64,000 nucleotides of DNA from Vicugna vicugna (GCA_013265495.1 MU058423.1:7822721-7886720); one strand, 5' to 3'; shown: positions 1-13,889, counted from the stretch's first letter. Numbers and translations are program-made. Notes: generated by a model from the sequence alone, not told the origin.

Positions 1-1929
1 CGTTAAAATACATAAATGTAACATATGATGATTTTTTTTATTTACTAATGCCATTTTGAAATATAGCTCTTTGAAAAGCTAGGCTTTAAGATGTAATAAT
101 GGCCTCAAAAAAATCTGAACATCTTTAACCAGAACAAAATACATGTTCTGTATTTTTATCTATTGATCTCCAGCTTATAAAACAGAGGTCAAGGTACCTT
201 GACCAGAGTCAGGAAGTCTGTCAGGACTGAGGTGGAAAGTGGATGAAAAGAGAAGAGCGTAGTTTTCCCTAAAGAGTCCTGATGGCGCCACTCTAGTGGG
301 TTTATCTTAAATGAAGAGGAGGGTTAAAATTTTTAACTCTAGACTGTTTCAAATTAAAAATAACCATGGCTCCTGCCATTGACTACCAGTCAAATACTGC
401 AATTATCTGCATATTTATAACTAATCTTTATATACCATTTTATTGTTCACAAAGATCTAAAACATGCAAGTTCATGTGTTCTTCAAAATGACTCAATGAA
501 GAATCTATTTACCAGTGATTATGTTTCAGGTATCATGTAAACAGTTGGTTGAGAACTAAAATTTTAACCCAAGTCACACACCTAAGAGGGTGACAGAGCT
601 AGAAATGAGGTCCAGATATGGCGACTTCATCCCATGTTCATTCCTCTACAGAATACTCTCTCTGAGGCATTATACAGTCAATTATGTGATGTAATGATTT
701 GTTACCTATGCAGAATCCCTTAGACAAATCATGCAGTCTCCTAAAAAGATTCAACATACAGAATTAAGATAGAATGACCAATATAGAAAAAAGTGAAAAA
801 CTGAAATACAAAAAAGCCTAATAAACTAGATGAATGACAATATTCAATTTGGAATTTTTACATTAAAATTATCTCTCACTTTGGACAGGCTTAAACTCAT
901 TTTTATCTTAAAACAAATACAAACAAAACAAGAGAACTAGAACTATGTAACTTACCACTCAAAATTTCTGAAGCTAATATTTATTTTTTAGCCACTCTTC
1001 TTCCCAAAGAATACAGAAATGTTTTAGTTAATCTAAGTCTGTAAAAGCACTTCAGAGGGTTTATCATTATATAGTGGCCCAGCAGCCATCACTTCTCTCA
1101 CTGTTCACTGCCCAGGTGCCTTGGGAGTTGCTGTGTGGAGGAGGGAGCTTGTGAAGGCATCCAACACTTGGCACCACCGCCTTCTGGCATTTGCCAATTC
1201 CCTCTAATACACTTTGCACTCCAAGGCTGCTCAGAGCAGGTGGCTTCCGCTGTAGGAAGAGAGCTGTGGAACGATATTCATGAAATGAATATTTATGAGC
1301 AATCCCAGTCTTCATTTTAAGTGTAAGAGAAAGATAAATTTTAAACAGAGAGAACCTTAGGAATTGCTGATCTGAGTATCCATCTTTTAAATATTTACAA
1401 CCTCCTTGTGTTACTTCTGAAATCCTTTAATCTGAAGTACAGTAAATAAATTAGGAAAGCAACACTGAATCTGCCAGAGAATTCTGATAAATTCTCTTTA
1501 GCACAAGCAAACCAGTCACTTATGTAAATAGTTTCCTCATTTTTGTGCAAATTGTTTTTCAAGCAAAGTTAAATCGTTTTGTTACTCAACTAAGATCTAG
1601 TTTATGACATTCACTTAAATTATGGTATTGAAATATTTCCTTGTAGTTACTTCAAAATTGGCAAGGCCAATTTCACTAGATTATTGGAATTTTAGGTAAA
1701 AGAATTGCTGATATTTTTCAATTCCCTTCCATACAAACATTTTTGAGGGTCTTGTTATACCTTCAAAATGGGAACAAATGGTCTAATGACAGAAAAAACA
1801 AACCCAAAATACTTGAAATAATATTGTTTTATATAGTTCAGTATAGGGATTATAAATTACCACTTCTTGTATGCAATTTACATGTGTTTGTTTAACTCTT
1901 CCTGTCTCCTAGAATATATATTTCAAGTT

Positions 1930-2590
1930 TTTAGATTAATGGAATTTATTTTTCAGCGCAGATTTAGGTTTAAAGAACAATTAAGCAGAAAGTAGAGTAT
2001 TACCAAATATCACTCCCTGAAACACACACCTGCACAATTTCCCATTATTAACATCTTGTATTAACGTACACAGTGAACTGTATTATGTGCCCCTTGAATC
2101 TCATGTGGAATCCCTAAGCCTCAATGTCATGGTATTTAGAGATGCTGTCTTCTAAGGATGATTAGGTTTAGATGAGGTCACGAGGGGTGGGGCTCTCATG
2201 ATGGGATTAGTGCCCTCAGAGAAGAAGAAGAGATACCAGAACTGTTTCTCTGCCATGTGAGGGCCCAGTGAAAATGCAGTAATCTGCAAATCAGAAAGAG
2301 AGCTCTCTCCAGAACCTACCATGCTGGCACTCTGATCTCTGACTTCCACCTTCCAGAGCTGTGAGAAAATCTCTGACACCAAGACATCCAGTATTTTGTT
2401 ATGGCAGCCCAAGATGACTAACATAACGTGGCTCATTTGTTAGAACTGATGAACCAATATTGATACATTATTATTAATTACAGTCCACAGTTTAGTTCAC
2501 TATTTGTGTTGTACATTCCACGCACTTTGACAATTGTATAATGACATGTACCCACATTATGCTATCGTACAGAATAGTTTCACTACCCTT
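1930..2590 (-). mobile_element. Old L1 (L1MC-like) 3' end fragment, interrupted by an MLT1 LTR
   Basis: The motif 'ttaacatcttgtattaacg|tggctcatttgttagaactgatgaaccaatattgatacattattattaa' is typical of reverse-strand L1MC 3' UTR and reads continuously once the LTR is removed. Confidence 0.6.
2067..2423 (+). mobile_element. MaLR solo LTR (MLT1A/B-like)
   Basis: Typical MLT1 motifs (gatgaggtcacgaggggtggggctctcatgatgggattagtgccc; ttccagagctgtgagaaa; gtattttgttatggcagcccaagatgactaaca). A 5-bp TSD taacg sits at 2062-2066 and 2424-2428. Confidence 0.8.
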
Positions 2591-3129
2591 AATTGATATG
2601 TATTTTAATGACTTCTTCAGATTGCTCACCAACTGCCACCTTAGTATTTTTCCTCCCAGTCTAAGAGAGATCACCAGTTTAAAAATTCTGGTGTATACAG
2701 AGCCATTCCATTTTCTTCATTAATACTGGACTTAATTACCTTGTCTCATAAACCAATTTCTTTATATGGATTTCACCCAGTACTATGAGGTTAGAAATAA
2801 TTCTACTTAATGAAATTGTTAGTCATGAGGGGATTCACAGTCTTCATGACTCACAAAGTCTAATCCACAAATAAAAGAAGTTGGGATTTTGAGCTCCACA
2901 ATGACTTTCAGTATAATGCCTGCTAATTATTTACATCAGCTTGGAAAAATTTACAAGAATGGTCAGTTAGAAACTATATAGGCAGTTAAGGAGCTAAGAC
3001 CAGATCACTGTTGCTATTTCTTAAAGTCAGATTTGGGGAAATCTGCCCTCTCTTCCCATTCCTACCTCATACAGTATCACAACACAGTTAGAGTAACAGT
3101 TCTAACCCTGGGGATGAAATACAATCAAT

Positions 3130-3310
3130 TGTACTGTACGACCCTGGGTAAGGTATTTAACATTGCAGAGCCTCAAATTCTTTATTTGTAAAATATCGTA
3201 ATGACACTTACATCCCATAATTTCCTCCAATGATTAAATTACTTGGTATATATCAAAATTCCTAACAGAGTGCTTGATATTTGACAGATGCTCAATGAGT
3301 ATTTGTCACT
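3130..3310 (+). mobile_element. MIR SINE
   Basis: Degenerate MIR core: accctgggtaaggtatttaacattgcagagcctcaaattctttatttgtaaaat ... atgctcaatgagtattt. Confidence 0.6.
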
Positions 3311-3970
3311 ATTGTTGTCATCGTCATTATTATTATAATAATTATTATACAGTAGAGATCTAAGAAGGAAATTAACCATAGCAACAGCTGCCTGCAGAAC
3401 AGGCAAAAATGATCAAGAATTGTATCAGAACTTCTATCCTGGGTATGGATATCTATAGCCAACATAATATAGCATGCAAATAGTGGAGACAGCATTAAAT
3501 TCAGAAACTGTTTACTGAAATTTCTCCTGGCTTCCTTCTGGGTTAGTCTTACATGTGTCTATTTACTATCTAATGGTACAATAGTACGAAATGCAATTAG
3601 TCTTTGAAAACCACATGGTTCTCTTCATTAGATCATGAATTTGGAGACAGCTTATTTTAATAGATAAATGTAAATTACTTGGGAATAGTAATATTTAATA
3701 CTACAGGTGTTTAACTGTCCTGGCAAAATCGAAATGCTAAACAAATGTTATGTCATATAGCCCAAACTATATCTGAGTAACATTACTATTTTCCATTCTA
3801 CATTAAACATCCACTAGTAACTTAACTAAGCTAATAAATGATGAAAACAATTTTAACCCAGGACTTCTGGTTACAAAGATCCTGCACTCAACTGTTCTTT
3901 CATACTGGTAAGTAAAAATACATCAGGAATCAGGAAAATCAATTTTAATATAATGATATGGCACATACTA

Positions 3971-4093
3971 GGGAGGAGGGTATAGCTCAGTGGTAAAGTG
4001 CGTGCTTAGCATGCACGAGGTCGTGGGTTCAATCCCTGGTACCGCTGTGAAAAATAAGTAAATAAATAAATCTAATCCCTCCCTCCAAAAAAA
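3971..4093 (+). mobile_element. tRNA-Ala-derived SINE (camelid vic-1-like)
   Basis: Pol III A box (tagctcagtgg) and B box (ggttcaatcc), a tRNA-Ala(AGC)-like head, and an AT-rich tail aataaataaatctaatccctccctccaaaaaaa. Confidence 0.85.
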
Positions 4094-4603
4094 GGGAAGG
4101 AATTCTTCCCATAACCATGGAAAAGTTGCAACCTTCCTGAAGTACTTTTTTTCTTTATAGAGGGGTCCTATAGACCTATATACCTTCAGAGTTACTCTGA
4201 GGATATAATGAGAGGTCTTTGAAATCTGCAAGAGAAAATATTAGTCGTTAGCACAATATTTTTTTAATCAAGGGACCCTATGTGGTGCTGTAGAACTTCC
4301 TGTGGTTTCTTTCTGGACTAGGCTGACATGTATCTGCGTTTTTTAAGTATAGCAGGCTGGAAAAGTATCGTAATTTGCACCTGTGCACCTGTACATTGTT
4401 TGTGTGTCTTTGCGTGTGTGTGTACACAGCTGCCTTTGGGAATTAGTCCTTTTGAACATGTAAATAGATTTTTAAAAACTGGGAGAGCTTCTAATTCAAC
4501 ATTCATCATTAAAATATCTTGTTGTGATAAAGGACAGAACTTTCACAAACGACTTATAGATTCTAATACTTATATTTTTCAATTTTTAATATATAAGCCT
4601 GTA

Positions 4604-4733
4604 GGGGGAAGGGTATAGCTCAAGTGGTAGAGAGCATGCTCAGCACCCAAGAGGTCCCGGGTTCAATCCCTGGTACCTCCTTAAAGCTGAAATCAATGAA
4701 GAAACCTAACCACCCCTCCTCTTAGGAAACAAA
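4604..4733 (+). mobile_element. tRNA-Ala-derived SINE (camelid vic-1-like)
   Basis: gggggaagggtatagctcaagtggtagagagcatgctcagcacccaagaggtcccgggttcaatccctggtacctcc. A 17-bp TSD taatatataagc(c/t)tgta sits at 4587-4603 and 4734-4750. Confidence 0.88.
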
Positions 4734-5799
4734 TAATATATAAGCTTGTATTTTTATTAGCTTATCATTTTACAAGCCTGAACTTGACATATCAAAGGCA
4801 ATTTCCCCCAGACAAAATAAATTGTGGTTTATCAAACAGCAAGAGTTGAATGTTAAGTCACTTCGGGGATTTTCCTTAAGGCTGATGCTTCCTCACAAAT
4901 GAATGTGCACTCACAGAAGAAAGAACTGAAGGGACGCTTGAAGGAAATGTAAGAGGACACTGGACACTTTTTTTTCTCATTTTTGTATTATCACATTTGT
5001 ATTGCTCAGTCCTACCTTAAGTTTATTCATACTGAAAGAATTCTGTTTTACTGATATTATGACAGATTTAACGTTATTTTAGCAATTCTCTTAGTATGTG
5101 AAAATCTAAAAACTTTCTGGTATTCACTGAAGCATAGCTTTTTAGCTAACAGCTTTCTAGTGTCCTGTGGCCAGTAACCCATATTGTCATTAGCTGCAGC
5201 ACTCATGGTTCAGAGGTAATTAAAATTAGCCTTATGGGGATAAAAAGATTCTGAAAAAAATCAGTTTTCCACATTTTATTTATTTTTCACAATGCATTCA
5301 CTAAAATATACAGTTAGAGATAAACTTTAATAAAACTGATACAAAAGCAAAAATGATAGAACAAGGCTTTTGAATTCAGAAAGGTACCAACATTCATCAT
5401 AATTATTAAAATATAGTAATAAAATATAACATTTTTACCCCTATTCCATGCTGCCTAGCTTCTTGATGCAAAGTTGAGGTTTCACTAAGAATAATTATCA
5501 TTCATCATCATTTAACTTGGAAAGTCTAACTTCTGAGGTAAGCGAGATAAAAGTAGAACAAGAGAGATCCTTCCAGGAAAGAGAAATAAATAGCTTTTGC
5601 AGACACTATTTTTAAAAGGTGAAAAATCTATAATTTTCATTTTAAAAAACAAGTCCACTCTAAGGAAAAGTACAGCATTTACTTCAAGCAGAAATTTACT
5701 TATAACAGCTGAATGATACAGGATAAGATATTTTGTTGAAAAATTTTAAATTTCATAATCACTCAACACTCTATATTTATCAAAAGAATATTCCCACGT

Positions 5800-6500
5800 A
5801 TAGTTTAACTTATTCTGACTTTCCCCTTAAGCCAATTCGTGGTCAAACTTTTACAAAAAAGGACTTGATGTTGTTTATATTCTGATCTCTCACTTGCTCC
5901 TTGATCTGCACACTGTAGATGACTGGCTCTACTTACTAATCCACTGAAGGCAGTCAAGCTAAAGTAATGAGTGGCTTCTATACCATACCATGGAATGAAC
6001 ATTTTTCTACTCCATTTCTCTGCAACATGTGACACTGTTGATGCAACACGTGACACTTTCTCCTTGGCACACAGGACAAAACTCTCTCCAATTCCTCTTC
6101 TAACCTTTCCCAACGTGGCCTCTTTAACATCAGTTCACTCTATTTCCTCTGCTTTTCTCTAAAGGTATGCTACCTATCCATAATCCTCTTTTTTGTTTTC
6201 ATTCATTTTGTGTGTTCTTTCTTAGTGGTGCTCATCCATTCCCATGAGTGACAGCGATCAAATCTGAATCTCTTGCTCCAACAAATTCCTAAATCTCCAG
6301 TTGATATTTTTGCTTATGAAACAGTTCCACTTGGATGTCCCACTGGCATTTTATTCCTGCTTACCATGTCCCAAGATGCATGCCTTTCTCTGCCCAAATC
6401 TATGTCCTATCTGGATTTCCTTATCTCCAGTACGGAGTTTGACCCATCTCTTACTTTGCTCCACCCCTATCAGTCCTAAATAATTTTTTAGTGTATGATT
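5800..6500 (+). mobile_element. L2 LINE fragment (degenerate)
   Basis: Pyrimidine-rich L2-like motifs (ctctgcaacatgtgacactgttga; ttccacttggatgtcccactggcat). Confidence 0.5.
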
Positions 6501-6540
6501 TCTCTTTAGTCCTTTTCAGACCTTAAAAAAACCTTTCCCT

Positions 6541-6940
6541 GAAATATAATTTGAAAAGACACATGTACCCCAGTGTTCACAACAGTACTATTTACATAGC
6601 CAAGAAATGGAAACAACCCAAATATCCATCAACAGATAACTGGATAAAAAAGATGTGGTATATTTATACAATGGAATACTACTCAGTAGTAAAAAAGAAT
6701 AAAATAATGTCATTTGCATGGATAGACCTGGAGATTGTCATTCTAAGTGAAGTAAGTTAGAAAGAGAAAGAAAAATACCATATGATATTGCTTATATGTA
6801 GAATCTTCAAAAAAAAAAAAAAGGACACAAATGAACCTATCTACAAAACAGAAACAGACTCACAGACATAGAGAACAAATTTATGGTTACCGGGGGGTAA
6901 GGAGGGTAGGAAGGGATAAATTGGGAATCCGAAACTTGCA
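6541..6940 (+). mobile_element. L1 fragment: ORF2 C-terminus plus cetartiodactyl-type 3' UTR
   Basis: The ORF 6551-6760 contains KKWKQPKYPSTDNWIKKMWYIYTMEYYS, the L1 ORF2p C-terminal motif. The following 3' UTR aligns with the L1 at 30965-31060. Confidence 0.9.
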
Positions 6941-6944
6941 CCCG

Positions 6945-7094
6945 TTAGAGAGTGATGGAAATGTTACCTATCTTGATTGTGGTGGTTTCACTGGTGTATA
7001 CATCTATCAAAATTTATCAAATTGTACATCTGAAATATATGTAGTTTACCGTACAGGAATCACACCACAATAAACCTGTTAAAAAAAAAAAAAA
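6945..7094 (+). mobile_element. Different L1 3' terminus (L1MB/MC/ME-like) with polyA signal and tail
   Basis: gtgatggaaatgttacctatcttgattgtggtggtttcactggtgtatacatctatcaaaatttatcaaattgtaca ... caataaacctgtt(A)14. Confidence 0.65.
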
Positions 7095-7214
7095 CTTTTC
7101 TGAACTCTTGCCATGGCCACCTAACCACTCATTCTTGCCAAATCAACTCTCCGTTCATTCATTGGATTTCTCTGACCAAAAAATGTTTCGAAGCCAAAGT
7201 CCGGAAATTATCAA

Positions 7215-7622
7215 AAATAAAATCAGAGTAATAAAATTGTATTTAGTAAGAATCTATTGGACAGTTCATGCACTGGGAGTCTTCAAACCAACAGTGGAAT
7301 GAAGCTCAGAGGCATGTTGTAACAGGACAATTTATATACTGAAGATGAAGAGGTTGTTTATTCTTTATAAATATTGGTTATAGCATCAGAGTTCCTCCAA
7401 ATGACAGAGGGTTGGTTAAAAGTAGTTATATCTTACGCCATTTTCAGAAAATAATTTAGGTTTTGTTCATGATTTTCAGAGGCATTTACAAAATATGACC
7501 CAAGTTAAATTTCACTTGCATTGCAACATAAGCTAAATTAGGTATCACTTACGCGGCTTAACTGATTTTATGTGCTCAGGGAATTTTCAAATCTAGTCTG
7601 TTTTTTGTACTTTATTTTAACA
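7215..7622 (-). mobile_element. Probable ERV1-class LTR remnant
   Basis: Ends in ...tttattttaaca (TGTTAAAATAAA on the minus strand, an LTR-like start). The internal composition resembles MER90/MER110-type LTRs; the family is uncertain. Confidence 0.4.
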
Positions 7623-9699
7623 AAACAAACAAAGTAATTAAGTCACACCTTGCTAAATATTTTTCTATATTCCCTGTTGTCAATAGTATTGATTCAGATC
7701 TCCTCAGGATGGTCGAGTCTTTCCATCTCTTTCAAATTCTCCCAACTCATCGCTAATCCTCACCTCTTTATAATTCAGCAACACTGAAATTCTCAACTTC
7801 TCCAAACACTTCAGGCTCTCCTTTTGAACTTCTGATTACACCCCTGTGAAACGCTACCCAGAAAGCCACCCATTCTTTAAGCATCAGCTTATTTATCATC
7901 TCTCATGCATTTCACAACTCAACTCCAAATGAGTAGCTCCCCTTTTGAGCCAAAAGAAATAGTTCATTCTTCTATGGCAACATGTATCACATTATGTTAT
8001 GCACACATGTCTACCTCACTTTTCTGTGTTACTTATGTTCTAACACAGAGAGTTAAAATACGTATTTTTTAAACATTTTAACTAAGTTCTATGTTCAATG
8101 CATTATATTTTAATGTATATTTAATATGTATCAATGCATATTGATGTAAATTCTATTTTTAATGTATTATAATCAATTTAACATGCTAATACAACTTAGA
8201 ATGATGATAAATATGCATTGATCTTATTTCTGTTATTCCTGAGTGACATATCGATGGAGATGTTTGTTGTTAAATTAAAACACTCCAAACTTTTCAGCTA
8301 TTTTAGGGTATCTATTTTAGGGCTTGTGTCTACTGACAGTCTGTTAGACTACCAACTCCTGCTGCTAATGGTGCATCTTTCTGCAGAAGATTCCAACCAA
8401 ATCCATTCAGTCTTTTCACTCAATTTAAGGTGATCTAGAACACCAGCAAACCAACCTCATAGCTCTGTATACAGTAAGAATGCATGACGGCATGGCGGAC
8501 TTTCTTAAGAAACAATGTATTTGCATTTTAATGTTTAGACTGTTTTTCTGTTTGGATCTAAAAACATTAATATGCATTTCTTTATATAAATTGAGGTATC
8601 TAGTTAAGTGACAATGAAATAAGCAACTTGGTACTAAATTATATTCATTTGTGTATCAAAATAAAAGCACAAATTAACTTTCATCAGGTGTTCACACTAT
8701 ACTTTCTTTCAATTAAAAGGTGAAAACCCTCAAAAAGTTTGGTGGGTGACAAATATAGAAATAAGCACTTGTAAAACAACCTGACTACACCCTAGTAGGT
8801 AGTATGAGAGCCATGAAATCAAGAATCTGTGCTTCTCTATGGGGTGACAGAAGTAAGGAGTAGTGGATGTTTCACTAGAAATACCTGGGGAAATTTTTAT
8901 ATTACATATTTTAGTGCTCATCCCTACATTGGGGGGAAGGAAAGCCCACAGCATATGAATACTAAAAAAAAAAAAAGTGTCCTAGGTAATCTGGCTTTTT
9001 CTACCTCCACCTCTGTTGGGAACCTCTATAAGAAAAGACCCTTCCCATCTCCCCTAAGTTTGCTGGAGGACAGGAGTTGAGAAAACCTTCAGAGAAAGAA
9101 CAAACTTTGAGTTGAATTTTCATGGGTAAGAAATCCATTAACATTCTAGAGGAAGGAAATACTATCTAAGGGCACAGAGGAACCAAAAAGAGTGATTGGG
9201 GCAAGTCTTACACTGTGATGTGCAAGGACAAAGTTGAAGAGGCAGCTGGAAAGCTAGGCAGGCACTGCGTATACTTTATGAAAAACTGGAAATTCCTCAC
9301 TTGTGTGATGAGGCAACTGTGTTGTCTGTAGCCATTCAAGCACGGATAATATCACATTCACTACTCTCAGTGGTACCAATGGGGGGGGAATGAGGTCACT
9401 GTTGTGCACTGTAGCAAAAACACTGTGTCAGGGAAGACTGTTAGGGGCAAAGGTGAGCACAGTGTTCTTCATGAGTTATAGAAGACCTTTAAGACAATGA
9501 GCAACATCCCTGGAGCTACTGACATCTCCGAGATCTTTTAAATGTCCAAGTACAAAGAGATAATGTCTACATTATATGAGGAAGGTAAAGTAACTGTTTT
9601 GTAATTGACCAAGTAAAATTTCACTATTATTCATTGACTACACACTATTTACTGGGAATATTTGTCCAAAAAAAATCTGATGGAAATATTAATATTGGT

Positions 9700-9950
9700 G
9701 ACAGCTAACACTTTCAACATTAATATATTTTAGACGCTATATTAAGCATTTTAGCTGGCCAATTATTCTGTGGTAATTCTCACAATAACTTCATAAGCTG
9801 AGTACTAGGATTTATTCCTAACATAAAGATAAGGTAACTGAGGCATGCGTAACTTCCTTAGAGCACACAGTTGTTAGATAGCAGAACCAGAATACACATC
9901 CAGGTCTGGCTGAATCTAGACTACAAGCTCTTTATCACTCAGTTATACTG
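9700..9950 (-). mobile_element. MIR SINE
   Basis: Reverse MIR core: aattctcacaataacttcataag...gataaggtaactgaggcatgcgtaacttcctta...ccaggtctggctgaatctaga. Confidence 0.65.
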
Positions 9951-12900
9951 ACATGGTGGGATAAATAATTATGAACCTCACTTTCTTCAAGGAACAGAAT
10001 ACTGTCTAACATAAAGACAACCAGACTGAGAAATAATATTTTAGTCCAGATTCCACCCAGAAACTTTTTTGTGGCTGACAGGGTGTAACAGTCCTTTAGC
10101 AGCACTCTTAATATCCATGGGTATTAAGAACATTGCCACCCCTGTAATAGTGAAACGACAGTTTATCATTTTTAGGTTAGTGCTGAGGTTCTTGATAGCA
10201 AAAATACCTTAGTTGCAAAAGATCACAAAGAATAAAATTATCAGTAACTACAATCTCCAGATCTGAACAATCAGAGGTTTGAATTTTTTCTTTTGCTGCC
10301 TAGCTGTGTGACATTGCTTTCCAGCTCTCTGGGCCTCCAACTCTTCATTATTAAAATAGATTTAACAATACAAACCAATCACAAAACCCCGTCGCAAAGT
10401 ATTAGCAATGTAACTGGGTTAAGGGCTTCTTAATGAAAGTGCTGTTTAGATACGTTTTCTACTGCTGTCCTCGTGCGTGCATGAGAGGCAAACCAGGAAA
10501 AGTCACTACCCCCCACGAAAGCAGAGTCAAGAGCTTGAATTTTAAAGAATGACATTGTTTTCTAACATCATCAAAATATAATATTCTCATTTGGTTTCTC
10601 TCAGGCACAACACATAGCAAAACCAAAAAATATTTTAAATCCCACACATACAAAATGTGAAATTAGTGAAGCTATATTTCAGAACTAAGCCATGCTTATT
10701 ATTTATAAAAAATTACTTCAAATATTTGAATAAAGGATAAGTGCTCATTACATATTGCACTTCAATGATCACCTAACTTGTAAAAGTTTTATGCAGAATG
10801 CATATATAAAAACATTAACATGAATAGATGAATGTTTATTTGCATAATTTACTGAGTTTATATTAAGTACCATTAAATGCTCTTTAATTTCCCACATTCT
10901 TTTATAGCTATTTTTTAAATTAACATTAACCTTCAAAATGTAGACTGCAGTCTTAATATACTATGCCATTTAACAAACTACTTATGATTTTATGAAGCTG
11001 AACATTTAAATTAAGGCACTAATCACTGTAAGCAAAGAAGATGTGGCATTATATATTTTTGTATTTTAGTATCTATTGATTCAACATGGAAATTATTTGA
11101 ACAATGATGTTGGAAGTACTTAATTTTGGTAAAGGAAACAACATAGATACAGTTTAAAAAGTTTTATTCAATTAAGGCCGGCACAAGAATACAGTTTAAT
11201 CAAAATCAACGATTCTATTGACTGAGATGAAAAAGTACTGAGCTTCTACTTCCAAAATGGCAATTCTATTTTTAAAGTAGACATAACTGTACCTTATTAT
11301 TTATATTTCCCAAACTTAAATAGTATTTCCTTAAATACACTTGGCTGGTAAAACAATTTTCTGGGAATTAGAGACATTTTATTTCATCTGGCTATCTTTT
11401 AAATATACGAACCAATGGCTGTTACTTCTCTACAAATTGATAGATTCCTTCAGTTGATAAAATATGATTGCTGTTTTCTTTTTTCTGTGCATTTAGAAAT
11501 GCAAACAGCTTTGTTACACATAATGGCAAATCTAGCTTTCTCTTAAGAAAGCTTCCTCTTCTGAAAGATTCTGACCAAATACATAAACATTCAACCAACT
11601 AAAAATGTTATCTGAATTCTTAGAGACTTCAATTTAAAAAAACAAAACTCTTCATTGTCTTTTTAAAAGCAAATCAAGTAAATTAAAATGTTTTAGAGTT
11701 TCATGTTTTGACCTAGTAGTCCTTGAACTTGCCAACTCTGAGCCAACATGAGCATTACCAGCCCTGGACTGATGGCACCACAGCCAGTGTCTCCCAGGAT
11801 GTGTCCAGGCTGTGACTTGATGGGGCTGTTAGATATGCTAGGATAAAGAAAAACAATTTCAGAGTAAGAACTTGTTATATGGTGCACTGGCACAAAGCAT
11901 TCCTGAACAACTTGCCACTGATTTGAAAGAAATAATGTGCCTTTACCTTCTGTACTAGTATCTTCCCACATACAGATAACACATACTTGGAGAATCTACC
12001 AGAATATAAAGTAACATTTAAAAAATATTATAAAAGAACCAAAGGCCTAGAGGTCTGCGGTATAAATTGAATCCCACTTTGGGCTTGTGCTAATAAATAG
12101 ATTGCTTTTGCAGATATAAAGATTGAAGAGGCATAGCCTTATTGAAAAGTAATAGTGGCTTTGAAAGTAAGCCCACAGGATCAAAAATGTCATTGTGTGC
12201 TCCCTTGACAGAGTCTTTTTAAGTCAATTTCCTCTCAAGGATTGACCGGGGCTGTTCTAACCAGAGACACTGCTGAAAACATCAGCCTGGTTGAGAGAGC
12301 TCCACTGTGCTTAGAACTGGGATGGAAAAGACAGAACAAACAAGAAACCACATAGAAAGTTCGTGGTGCAAACACCTAAGGAAAGGCAAAGTGATTTCCA
12401 CAGATGGAAGGGGCAGAGATACTGATCAAATTGAGGCCTGATAAGAAATTAAAGCCAAAGAGTAAAGATAAAGCAAAATCATACTGGCTAAGATAGAGTG
12501 AAATGGGACAGAAGCCTTGACATGGGACAGAAATGGGGGAATCCTGAGAATTCACTTGCATGGGCTAGCTTCTGTGTGTATTGGTGCTGAGGGGACTTAC
12601 AATTTTTTGGGAGAGAAAAGTGTCATCTATTCATAATTCATCTATTTTCACATTTAATGAAGCATATTGGCACTGACGCTGAGGCACAGGCATTGAGTTG
12701 TTCAAGATTTAGAGGACCCCAGCCCCACAAAACCCCTCAAATCATACTGTCTCTCAACCAGTTCTGGCTGGAAAAGTCCTGATCACTCTGCAAATAAAAT
12801 GCAAAATTGCATTCCTGAAGAAAATATCACATTTTCCAAAAGCATGCATTACAACCAAGAAGGGTTACGGGATAATGGGTTATGTTGGGTTATGTCAGAT

Positions 12901-13889
12901 CACTCAAACCTGTATCATTTGATTAGAGAACTAACAGAACAATAACTGTGCTAGTATATGAGCATGGTTAAAATATAACTTAGTTTCTAATAAATAAGGA
13001 AATAACTTCAGTAAATATAGGATTTTAACTTTCAAGAAAAATGTGAAGGCAACTTGATGGAAAGGGAGGTAGGGATATACTGAGGCTGCTCAGCTACAGA
13101 GAAAAGAGTAAAAGGCACAAGCTGGGGGTACTGGAAGCAAGAGCGACAAAGTGCAAATCCACGTCGAGTCAGGAAAAGTGACATTAGGTGAAGTATCATC
13201 ATGTAAAGAACCACACAACTGCAGCTTGCTGTGCTCAGCTGTGTTACTATACTTTGTTTCTGTTACTTACGGTGCAAAATACTAATATTTGGAAAAATAC
13301 ACATGAACCAACCTAAATTCACATTTTATTGCCATCATTCCTAAATGAACTGACCAGCTAATCCAATACGTTTGAGCCTGTTGGAGTAAAGAGAAGGGGA
13401 AGAGATCTGACTTTTAAACAAAGTTCAAAGCCATAAAATAGAAGAGAAGAGGCACTAGTGGGCTCTAAGCTGTTTTCCCCACTGAGCTTCAGTCCAATTC
13501 TCAGTCGGCAGGATTCTTGGAGATCCAAAATGTAAGATCCTGAAATCCTTTGTAGATCAGCTATTTGAGAAGTCCCAGCATAGTGACTGCTTAAAGGGAT
13601 TTAAAAATTCAATGTAAAAAAATATATATAGTGTATCTTAAATCATCCTGTGGACTGATGAAAAAATTGTTAACTCCATTCATCACTGAGATACATATTA
13701 CAGGTGCAAAATTACCATTTTCTTGCCAACTGACTTGACTGCAGACAGCAGTTGTTAGAGCAGAAAATGTTTTCATGTCAGTCATAATGATAATTCTTTA
13801 AGGAAAGGATAATATATTTAAACTGTAATAAACTGTGTTAATCCTACAAAAGAAAAATGTGTCATCATTTTTTTATGAATAATACTTTT

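Noticed and set aside
3976..4680. Functional tRNA-Ala genes
   Set aside because: Stems are mismatched, SINE tails follow, and the second copy has a TSD and a disrupted anticodon arm.
6551..7073. ORFs of 69 and 80 aa as host genes
   Set aside because: They are an L1 ORF2 remnant and L1 3' UTR sequence.
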